A stretch of DNA of 64,000 bases from Leucoraja erinacea (Eukaryota): assembly GCF_028641065.1 (NCBI RefSeq), contig NC_073391.1, forward strand, positions 34,162,001 through 34,226,000, written 5' to 3'. A program made the translations under genes and the position numbers. Below the pieces are notes generated by a model. It saw nothing but the letters and a program-made list of their open reading frames with translations, did no database searches and was not told the DNA's origin. Below, piece after piece: positions 49,175-60,247 of this stretch (position 1 is the first letter of the stretch; each line of letters starts with the position of its first letter).

Positions 49175-49911
49175 CTAGAAAATAGAAAGTACAAGCACTT
49201 ACCAAACAAAAAGGTGCATCAAAATAACTTATATATTTTCCTATTCCTGTATTCTATTAGAGCCCTTGATTTGGAATGGATGCAAGTAATCCTCACTTTA
49301 CCCCAATAACATTTTGTGTCAGGGGCCATTGTGCAAAAGTATATATACGAGACAGAAAAGAGACATGGGGACAACAAATTTGAGTCTCACCACGGTCACT
49401 CCCTCTTCTCCCCTCTCCCATCGAGCAAGAGGTACTGATGTACACCTTCAGGTTCAAGAATCTTACTTCCCAGCTGTTATCAGGCAACTGCACCATCCTA
49501 TCACCAACTCGAGAACGGTCCTGACCTCCCACCCACCACCTCGGACTACTGCTCTAGTAATATAGAAACATAGAAAAATAGGTGCAGAGTACGACATTCA
49601 GCCCTTCGAGCCAGCACCCGCCATTCAATATGATCATGGCTGATCATCTAAAATCAGTACCCCTTTCCTGTTTTTTCCCCATATCCCTTGCTCTGTACAT
49701 CTCAAGATCAATTTTGGACCTTGCAAAGGCACCAGCCAGCTTTATTCATCAGCCTTGCCCTCGGACCCACCAGAGATCGAGGGACAGGGAGAAGGGGTAG
49801 TAGCAGTGGATCATCCATCATTATCCATCATTTCTGTATGAAAAGAGCTCCACTTTGGCAAGTATTGTATTACCCGAGCTCTAATGCAGGAGGTTAAAAA
49901 ACAAACCGAGA

Positions 49912-50063
49912 TAGACACAAAATGTTGGAGTAACTTGGCGGGACAGGCAGCATCTCTGGATAGAAGGAATGGGTATCCAGTGATGCTGCCTGTCCCACTG
50001 AGTTACTCCAGCATTTTGTGTCTATCTTCATTGTAAACCAGCATCTACAGTTCCTTCCGGCTC
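49912..50063. mobile_element. Fold-back Penelope-derived element (~53-bp stem, 11-nt loop) with 14-bp TSD
   Basis: Arms gatagacacaaaatg...ctggata and tatccag...cattttgtgtctatc; AAAACAAACCGAGA 49898-49911 and AAAATAAACCGAGA 50064-50077. Confidence 0.8.
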
Positions 50064-53000
50064 AAAATAAACCGAGAATGGGTCTACACAAATCATGCAT
50101 GTAGGTTCTATCAAGGAATGGGTTAACACTAATCAAGTGCTGGATACATGGTTAAGAGCAGGGGAGGTGTGACGAAGGGGCTCGGAGGGGGGAAGAGATT
50201 GGAATTAGCCTTTCTCCAGTTGGTACACTGCTCTTGAGCAGGCCTGAATCATTTATTACACAACACAATACAGGGGTGGAGCAGTTTGCACAATCCCACA
50301 CAGGCTGTGGATCACCTGAAAGACCCCCTCCCCTGTTCCTGCCACTACCTGCTGTGTTCCCACCACCTAGCCCCTTTCACTACCCCTGGGGGACCATCAC
50401 ACTCACGTACACACTAATAGCTTTTAGTTTCCATTCATACAAAAACTGCCGCACTAAAATTGGCCAGCAGACCACCAACACTGAGCCCTCCCCAACCCAA
50501 CCTTTCATAGCCAGGGTTTTGCTGCAATCCTCACCTCAAGCCCCAGACAAAGGCACTAAGGCATCTCAGAAACTTATTTTAGCACTAAAGGACCAAAATG
50601 TTCAAACTTCTTTACAATTTTTGATCAATGAAAATAAACCTCCCTTTGATAACTGGACAGAGATATCCCTGGCTCATTTTATTAGTTGCCTTTGCTGATT
50701 GGCAAATAGAACAATTCACCACATGGAGGCAGAATTAGTGACTCATGAAACAGCACCTGAAATACGTGAATTGCTTTTAAAATAGACTAGTGAAAAGGGT
50801 GCGATTTGTATATCGTACAACAAAGGTTATGTAGCAGGTTAACAGATTTTCTTTGCAAGTTTACGGATTCTGTGTAGATTTACAGATTTACTCTGTATTC
50901 AGGCGATTCACAGCATCAATGTATGGAGTCTGTTTATTTAAGGTTGCTTTATCGAATTGTATTAGTTTCAAAAGTATTACAGTTCAATGTAACTGCACAC
51001 GTCACTCAGCATTTAAGATACAATACTCATTGTGTTGCTGTTTATTTGTAGGGGGTCACTCTTTGTCTAATTGCATCAAATTAATATTTAGGGCAAGGTT
51101 TATTCGCTACGTAAGTTCAAAAAACAGCACAGAGTCAAAGTTTATTCAACGCACGACTGCTCAGAATGGGGGAGCATTCAGGACGGCGTGGATAACGCCG
51201 GGTCCCTTGGTCTGGAGCAGGTAGCAGCCCCGCACCAGCTCCCACACTACCTACCCGCACCTGCCAAGCAAGTCCCACCTCACTGTGGCATCGTCTGCAG
51301 GTCTCACATCAGCCAACTCAGAATGCACAGAGCCAGTCGTCCTGCAACCCAAGGGATAGCCTAAGATGGTGAAGGTTAGACTTGACTGTTTAGACCACGT
51401 CAAGTAATATCAGACGTCAATCTCCTCTTCCCAACCCATGGCCCGCTTCTCTACCTTAGAATAAGGATATTCTTGGTTTCTTTTATCCATTACTATTTCT
51501 TAAAATCTCTTCCTCTTCTGCCTCTTCCCTTTCTACCCACTACTTCATCAAGTGCAAGGATTTCAGGGACTTGTCTTTTCACCCAGACTTCATTCCCACT
51601 GTTGACCATCTACCTGTCTTATGTCAGCACAACGGGTTCCATTACCCCTTTTCCAAGTCTTTGCAAACTTTGTCACTACCAAAAAACACACCCGTAGCTC
51701 TCTTTTCCCCCATCCACAGTTGCTGAATATGTAGTCATCTCAAGTCAATGGTGATTTTTGCCATTGCCTTATGTTTGAACGTTTAACATCTGACTCCACC
51801 ACTGCCGTGGTATTGAAGCAACATAATCAAACATGCCAACTATGACCGGCAATCATTGTCCTTCTTCATCTTCACAACGATATAGGTAGCTGGCAACATG
51901 ACTGTAACTACCCATGAGAAGTTGTGGCAGTGACCCAGGACCTTCAATTCCTGACCCAGGACAAAATTCCTGGGCACACCTTGGATCCCTTACACACGTC
52001 AGGGCCGTCAGGTTGGCCCATCCAAGAACCAACGTGATGAGTTGTTATAATCCTGATTTTAGAAAACAGCCTGAAGAAGCGCCTCGACCCAAAACGTCAC
52101 ATGTCCATGTTCTCCAGAGATATTGCCTGACCTGCTGGGTCCTCCAGCACGATGTGTCCTTACAATATTAGTGATTGTGCAAAGAGACAGACTGCGCATG
52201 GCTTGAGATCTTGCTGAGGTCAATACGAGCTTCACATGGAGGCAATCAATGGAAAAATGTGTGTATGGACATGGTATGGTAATTACTCTCAAACCTCTCT
52301 AAGATTATGGGAGCTGAGAGAAGGATTAGCCTTCAGGGTGATATAGACATGATAATGAATGGGCACAGACATAGCAAATGTAGTTCGGTAAATGCAAGGT
52401 CATCTATTAGGATAAGATTTAAAAAAAGAAAGCAAGAGTATTTTTCACAGCTCATTTTCAATGATAAGAGATTGAAAGGTGCTACTGTTCAGAGCAACCT
52501 GGTGTCATTGTACGCGAATCATTCACTTACAGTTAACAGCAGGTACAGCAAGCAATTAGGAAGGCAAATGATGCGAGAGCCTTTTTTTTTGCAACAATGA
52601 GGAGATACGTCTTGCTCCAATTATAGAAGCTCCAGGTGAAATTGTACCTAGAATATTTTGAACAGATCTGAGATTATACCATTCCTTGGGTAGAAGCTGG
52701 GGAGTGAGTCAATTTAAGGGGTGGGGGGGGGGCTGAGAAGGGAAGACATTTCTTCACACGAAGGTGGCAAAGCTTTCTCTACTATCTCTACTCACAAGGG
52801 CTATGGATGCCCGACTGTCGAGTACATTCAAAAGAGAGATGATAGATTTTTAAATATTAATGAAATTAAGGAATATGGTGTAGGTGAATGATGCCAAGAT
52901 AAAATATCTTAATAAATGGTGCAAGAGGTAAAGGGCTGAATTCTATCACTTTTTACATTAATCCCTACGATTCCAATCCTCCAACTTCCTCAAACATTAA

Positions 53001-54029
53001 CTCATCCAAGACTCGGGAGAGCTTATTGTACTTTGCATCAATTCCAGCTCATTCATCAGTCTTGTGCCCAAGCACGCAATTGTAAAATACTCACCCTTGC
53101 ATTCTATTAAGAGAATGAATCTCAACATTAAAGTTGCTGTATAAATACAAATTATTATTGCTTCACAAATCATTATTATTATCCCACAAAGCTCCTGCCT
53201 ATTCACAGGGTGATGGCTTCTTGGGCAATTATGAAGCGTTAGACTCAACATTTCTGTTCGACCACAAATAGATAATGCTAGTATTTCACAGAGACTGTCA
53301 GTTGTCCTACTTATCCAGTTTTTGAAATACTTCAGTAACAGTCAGATTCAATTTTACAGTCCAAAGGAAAAAGCACACAAAAAATATCTCGCCCCTGACT
53401 GTATGAATAGTATTTTCCACAATTTACAGTTAAAGATTTTTGTAGCCACCCATTAGAAGTGGTGGGTCGATGGGCTGCCACTCAGGATCTTTCACAAATA
53501 TTGCGAGGCGGGCATTCCATATGCTCAGTGTAAATTAACCACAGCTCACAGTCAGACTTTAAGAGCCAGATCACAAGACGACCAACAGGCAGTTAATGCA
53601 TACAGAATTCATTTCAACACTAGGTGGTTATTGGGGAAAGAAGTGGATCTGGCATAAATCATGCCACTAAGTGGAGATCCTGACCTCAGACGGCGTGGGA
53701 AAGCAGAAATTTGATGCAATGTTCAACGGAATTTCTCCATCTTCAGCCAATTTAACATGGACAGTGGAAACCAGACCATAATATTGCAAGCCAAAGTTAT
53801 GTAGTGCAACCTGTGCAAAGTCCATCGTGGTCCATTTGCATGTGGCTGAAGAGTCTGATGGCTGTTGAGAAGAAGAAACCTGCTGGTCACAGTTTTCAGA
53901 CTCCTGTACCTTCTTTCCAATGGTAGTAGCAAGATGAGAGCATTGTCATCTTGGTTCGATCCTGACTACGGGTGCTGGCTGTATGGAGTTCGAACGTTTT
54001 TTCCGAGATGAGAAAAACATTTTTTTAGG

Positions 54030-54292
54030 ACCAAGATGAGGAAAACATTTTTTCACACAGAGAGTGGTGAATCTCTGGAATTCTCTGCCACAGAAGGTAG
54101 TTGAGGCCAGTTCATTGGATATATTTAAGAGGGAGTCAGATGTGACCCTTGTGGCTAAAGGGATCAGGGGGTATGGAGAGAAGGCAGGTACAGGATACTG
54201 AGTTGGATGATCAGCCATGATCATATTGAATGGCGGTGCAGGCTCAAAGGGCCGAATGGCCTACTCCTGCACCTAATTCCTATGTTTCTATG
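54030..54292 (+). mobile_element. CR1 3' end with tttctatg tail
   Basis: MRKHFFTQRVVNLWNSLPQK motif and the canonical short 3'UTR. Confidence 0.8.
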
Positions 54293-54878
54293 TCAGGGTG
54301 GCGTGGGTCTTTGATGATATTACCTGCCTTTGTGAGGCAATACTTTCGGTGGATGGTGGGGAGGTCAATACTCATGATGGACCTAACATTACCTAACCAT
54401 ATTTCCTCACATCTTGCTTACCCAATTAATTCTATATAATTCAGCAAATATAGCTGCAGTATACTCAGGACTGATTAAGATGGGATGAATGGATAGAACC
54501 ATTAGTAGATGTATCAAAGGCCAGCATGCAGAGATAGAAATAGAACATAAAAAGTACAGTCATTCGGCCCTAAATGTCTGTGCTGAACACGATACTAAGC
54601 TCAACTAATCTCATCTGCTTTGCATCATGTTCGACACAGATTTTAAATGATGGAGAACGTATTGGAAATAGAACCAATCAGGCTTTCAAATGACAATTGC
54701 CCATTAGTTGCAGATCAGAGAGTCTATCGAAGACTCTATCCTCTTCTTAGAGTTAATCCACCCTTTAAATGACGGCGAAATCCCTTAAAAAACCCATTTA
54801 AGGAAGAGAAGGAAATCTCGCTTGTGTCCTCGCTATTAGTTATCTCCTAACCAACAACTGAAACACAGATCATCTGGT

Positions 54879-55214
54879 AATAAAAAAGAACTGCAGATGC
54901 TGGTTTATACCAAAGATAGATGCAAAATGCTGGAGTAACTCAATGGGTCAGACAGTATCTCTGGAGAAAATGGATAGGTGACATTTCAGGCCTGGACCCT
55001 TATTCAGACATCTGCTGAGCCTGATGGTTGTTGAGAAGAAGCTGTTCTTGAACCTGATGGTCAGAGTTTTCAGACTCCTGTACCTTCCTCCTGACGGTAG
55101 ATGAGAGATTTGCCATGGTGGTGTGGGTCTTTGATGATATTACCTGGCATATTGAGTTAGTGCCTCCTGCAGATCCCTTGGATGCTGAGTTACTTCAGCA
55201 TTTTGCGTTTATCT
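54879..55214. mobile_element. Composite insertion: inverted Penelope-derived ends enclosing a Rex1-like fragment, perfect 14-bp TSD
   Basis: ACAGATCATCTGGT at 54865-54878 and 55215-55228. Confidence 0.75.
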
Positions 55215-55371
55215 ACAGATCATCTGGTGATCGTTGCTTTGGAGGTGGTGGGAGCATACTATGAATACATTGATGGCTCAATTTGGCAATAATTGCACTT
55301 CAAAAGTACTTTACTGATTGTGAAACCACACTTCTATGCACAGAGGTTGTGAATGATGCTATCTTTCTACT

Positions 55372-56168
55372 GTATACAAAAATGCTGGAGAAACTCATCG
55401 GGTGAGACTGCATCTACGGAGCGAAGGAATAGGTGACATTTCGGGTCGAGACCTTTCTTCAAACTGATGTGGGGTTGGGGGGTGGGCGGGAAGAAGAAAG
55501 GAAGAGGCGGAGCCGGTAGGCTGTGGGAGAGCTGGGAAGGGGAAGGAGGGAGAACGTAAGGACTACCTGAAATTGGAGAAGTCAATGTTCATACCGCTGG
55601 GGTGTAAACTACCCAAGCGAAATATGAGGTGCTGCTCATTGAGTTTGCAGTGGGACTCACTCTGGCCATGGAGGAGGCCCAGGACAGAAAGGTTGGATTC
55701 GGAATGGAAGGGAATGGAGTTGAGGTATTGAGCCACCGGGAGATCGGGTTGGTTAATGCGAACTGTGCGGAGGTGTTGGGTGAAGCGATCGCCAAGCCTG
55801 CGCTTGGTCTCACCGATGTAGAGCAGTTGACACCTAGAACAGCGGATGCAATAGATGAGGTTGAAGGAGGTGAAGGTGAACCTCTGCCTCACCTGGAAAC
55901 ACTGCTTGGGTCCTTGGATGGAGTCGACGGGGGGGGAGGTAAAGTGACGAGCGTAGCATTTCCTGCCGTTGCAAGGGAAAGTACCAGGGGAGGGGGTGGT
56001 TTGTGTGGGAAAGGACGAATTGACCAGGGAGTTACGGAGGGAGCGGTCTCTGCGGAATGCCTAAAGGGGGAGGAGATGGGAAGATGTGACCAGTGGTGGG
56101 ATCCCGTTGGAGGTGGCGAAAATGTCGGATGATTATCTGTTGTATGTGACGGCTGGTAGGATGGAAGG
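55372..56168 (-). mobile_element. Penelope-like element 3' part (GIY-YIG endonuclease plus pLTR end)
   Basis: RQRFTFTSFNLIYCIRCSRCQLLYIGETKRRLGDRF..HLR (GIY-YIG with CxxC); hammerhead-like motif downstream at ~55433-55465. Confidence 0.88.
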
Positions 56169-56242
56169 TGCTCTATGTTTTATGTGCCAGCCCTACATTC
56201 AGCACCTGTCACTGTGTCTGAACCGTGGTAGAAGGCAAGTGA

Positions 56243-56620
56243 TAGGTTCATAAGTTATAGGAGCAGAATTAGGCCATTCGGCCCATCAAGTCTACTCTGC
56301 CATTCAATCATTGCTGATCTATCTTTCGCTCTCCATCCTATTCTTCTGCCTTCCATAACCCCAGACTAATCAAGAATCTGTCAATCTTTGCCTTAAAAAT
56401 ATCCATTGACTTGGCCTCCACAGCCGCCTGTGGCAATCAATTCCATTGATTCGCTATCTCCTGACTAAAGAAATTCCTCCTCATTTCCTATCTAAAGTTA
56501 CATCCTTTTATTCTGTGGCTGTGGCCTCTGGTCCTAGACATTCCCACTAGTGGAAACATCCTCTCCACATCCACTCTATCCAGGCTTTTCACTATTCGGT
56601 AAGTTTCATCGAGGTCCCCC
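56243..56620 (-). mobile_element. CR1 3' fragment
   Basis: Reverse complement of the CR1 ORF2 end and 3'UTR. Confidence 0.75.
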
Positions 56621-58179
56621 TTCAATGGTGGTAAGTGATAAATTATCGCTCACTATCCCTTGGATTTTTAGAGGTTAAGCTGCTCGTTTCAGGGGAGCGA
56701 CAGGTGCAATCAACATTCAGTGGATGATCAGGTGGGGTTTGTTGCATCAACCGCCTGACAAGATCAACAGATTGCATAATTAGAACATGCATGGAGAACT
56801 GCCGCATTAATGTGTTTCTTGTATCACTGGGGAACATGCAGGTCGCGCAAGTGATCTCAACTCACTCACTTTATTTTATTTTCAAGTATCTTCATAGAGC
56901 GACAGCAATTTGGCGAGGACAGGCTCAGGGGGCTGTCACATCGTTCACCAGAGAGCTCATCAAACACATTCAGCCTTGCCGAACTTCCCTGGCACTTTAA
57001 TCACTGTTGGGTAAACTCATTTGTTCCAATGATTAGGACTCGACCTAATAGAATATGCAAGCCTCCTGACCTTTGACCCTCGCTGACACAGGATACAAAA
57101 GAGGAAAAGTTCAACCTTCCCCCTGCCCCCCCCCTCGCCAAACCTCCCCTCCTCTCCTCCCCCTCAACCCTATTACTCTCGATTACTCAAATTATTTATA
57201 GCCCACTGATCCCCGCACGGAGAGGCGAAAGAAAAAAGTTAAAAAACGCAATTAAGTCAGCTTTTGAAGAAGGGAAAGAGTTTTTTTTGTGTGTAAGTAG
57301 GCACTTTGTTGACCAGCGATATTATAGTGGCAAAGGTTATATCAGCACAGGTAAGGCGGACCTGCCAGTGTGTCCAGCAATCATTAGAACATGTCACGTC
57401 CTATTGCCACTGTTCACATTTTCGGTAACCTAATCATTTGACATCATTATTTGAGGTACCTCAGAGGCATGGAATTATTGCCAGAGGTCACACAAACACA
57501 AAGCCATTCCTAGCGGGACAGCATCTGCCACAGTACCAACATTGTTCGCACCAAACCCTGGCCGCCGTTTCTAAGTTAACGGATTCTCTTCAATCAAAGG
57601 TTCTCCGTTCCTCTGAACCCATCCCCCCCCCCTTATCCCACTCATCCTTTCCCACTCTCCTCTCTCTCTCTCGCATTCTACTTCCTCCCGCATCTACGTA
57701 CCAAACAACTGAGAAGATATAGAGGAGAAATTCCTTTCGCTCACCAAGTCAATTGGGTGCGAGAGTATCAACGTCCTAACACTGGCTTATGTTGACTTTG
57801 ATGAAATCAAATGTCGGCAGGCGAGTGCAACTGGCAGCCAATATCCTCGTTTCTGGCTTGTCATCGTAAAGAAAGTCAATAGATTTTCATGCAGAGCATG
57901 GTGGGTATATGGAACGAGCTGAGAGGAGATAGAGGAGGCAGGTACTATAACTACATCTATGAGACATTTAGACAGGTACATGGATAGGAAAGGTTTAGAA
58001 AGATACAGACCAAACGTGGGCAGGTGGAACATACCTAGATGGCGCATCTTAGTTCGTCATGGGCAAGTTGGGCCGAAGGACCTATTTCCATTCTCCATTA
58101 CTCTATGCGACAAAGGGGCCAAGGGCCAGTGCAACACAACATCTAGATTGTAACAAGTCCATTATGTATATCACTGCGC

Positions 58180-59565
58180 AGCCATACCTTGGGGGAGTTG
58201 TACCGGGCAGGAGCAGCTGAACCAAGATGATAAAGCAGAGTCAAAGCCTTCCTGCTGGAGTGCGTGAAGTTCAAGTCATCTACAGTCTCTTGCCAGTGCT
58301 GACGTCTTGCTGCATCCAGGGAATCTAGCAGTTCTGTGGCAGTATCTGGGTCGCCTGTGGCCTTGTACTGCTTCAAGAGGTCTTCTGATAATACGTACTT
58401 CTTTGCTGCAGCCTCCAGGATCGTGCAGGATTTCTAATTCTTGGGGACAGGTTCAAGACTTATGATCTTTTCCTCAACTTCTTGTGTGAAACCTGTCCAA
58501 CCTGCTTTCCTGAAGTTCCAGCGCGGGAGAGGCTTGGATGAGATCACAGGGATTTGTACACTGATGTGGATCAGAGCAGGTCTATGTTGACTGGGAGGGA
58601 AGTGCGAAAGGATCTTGCATGCGCACGGAGGAGGTGGTCAACATCGGTTTTCAATGTTGTAGTCTCTCTCCCATCTGCTTGAGTGGAATGTGCCTGGTTG
58701 CTTGGCATCATGGAGGAGGTAGCGTTCATTGTTGGATGCCCACATATCCAGTAATTCCCCATTCACATTGTTGGTTGAGTAACCCCAGGATGAGTGATGA
58801 CTGTTAAAGTTCTCTGCCTGTACTTCTGGGAAAGTGGGTAGCATGGAGGCAGGCCACGTGACTCTAGGGGGTATACATTATACTCAACAGCTGAGATTTG
58901 CTCAACAGCTTGGGCTAATAGCTGCCATATCAAACGACTTGACACTATCCTTAACTCTGCAATATGGGTCATTACAGGGAGGCTTAAGTCAACAATTATG
59001 CAGTGGCTCTCTGTCCTCTCTCATATCGCCCCTCCCAGCATACGCAGAACGGAGAGGATGTTGAAATATTGGTGCACCATCGAGGCTAACTAACCGTGAC
59101 CTTTCCATCCATGCTGACTTGAACATTCTGCCCAACATGAGCCTGAAGTCCCGCAAATCCTCTGGTCTTCCGCAAATCCTCAGTCTCCCTGGAAGACTTT
59201 GACTCCAAGACTGAGTGTCGCGGAGCCTGGGAAGATGCCAACACCAACAACGGAGAGGTCATCATAGACCCCACAGTGAAACCACCGAGTTTTGACCTCC
59301 ATCGCAAGCAATGGCTAACCTGAACAGAATCCGCACCCTCCATGCGAGAACAGCCCATCTCCTGCATAAGTGAGGGATGACAAGACAGCCCTGCTTGCGA
59401 CTGCGGACATCCAGACCAGACCATCCCACACATCGTGAATGACTGCCCACTGAGGCTTTTCCCTAGAGGCATCAAAGCCATCCACCCAGTAACTGATGCT
59501 GTCCTGGCCTGGATGTCTATCCTTGATCTACAACTTTAGGCTGTGAACGCCATACGCAAGAAGAC
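58180..59565. mobile_element. Ingi/Vingi-like LINE remnant with internal inversion
   Basis: Minus strand 58180-58900 carries APE motifs (FNSHH..WGY...NGE.L..WA; GTFHS.RW; PRWNFRKA.W; L.FTHSSRKA). Plus strand ~59040-59565 carries the C-terminal LNRIRT...CDCG..DQTI.HIVNDCP zinc knuckle and the end ccatacgcaagaag. Confidence 0.65.
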
Positions 59566-60247
59566 CATCAAGCAGAAATCAAGGAAGAAGAAGTACTCAA
59601 CAATGAACGGCACTTGCGCAAGAAGGGTGAAGTTCACACGTTGACACTGCAATATTTTATTTGCTGATGAGAAATGCAATCGCTCACATTTAGATTAGCT
59701 ACAATTTTCTGGTGACCAATGACCGAGAACAAAACGAGACCAATGAAGGCAGACGAGAACAATTCCAGCAAATTGAGGTGCTGGAAATGGGACTGAGGAA
59801 TACACACTGATGAAATAGTTCCCAATTAGGCTGAAATAATTCTTATAAATATTCTGCAGCCCATTAAACAATTATTGTTCCTGTCAGATCTAACTTGTCA
59901 CCAATTTCGCTCACTTCAAAAGTTTATAATATGTATCCTATGCTTCTAGATATGCATCTTGTGGTCTTTTTGAGTGCTACCAACATTATATGTTGCATGC
60001 ATTATCGTGAATTTAGAACATAGTTTTGTTTAGTGTTATGTGTACCGATGTACAGTAAAAAGCTTTTGTTACATGCTAACCAGTCAGCGGAAGGACTGTA
60101 CGTGATTACAATTGAGTCATCCACAGTGTACAGATACATGATAATGGCGATAATGTTTAGTGCAAGATAAAGTCCACTAAGGTGAGATTAGAGATAGACC
60201 AAGGGTCTTTAATGAGGTAGATAGTAGCTCAGGACCTCCCTCGCATT

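Noticed and set aside
49910-50030. Long hairpins as possible miRNA precursors or DNA-transposon MITEs
   Set aside because: The arms are copies of the Penelope pLTR end found singly elsewhere, with variable junctions and unequal arms; there is no evidence for miRNA processing from sequence alone
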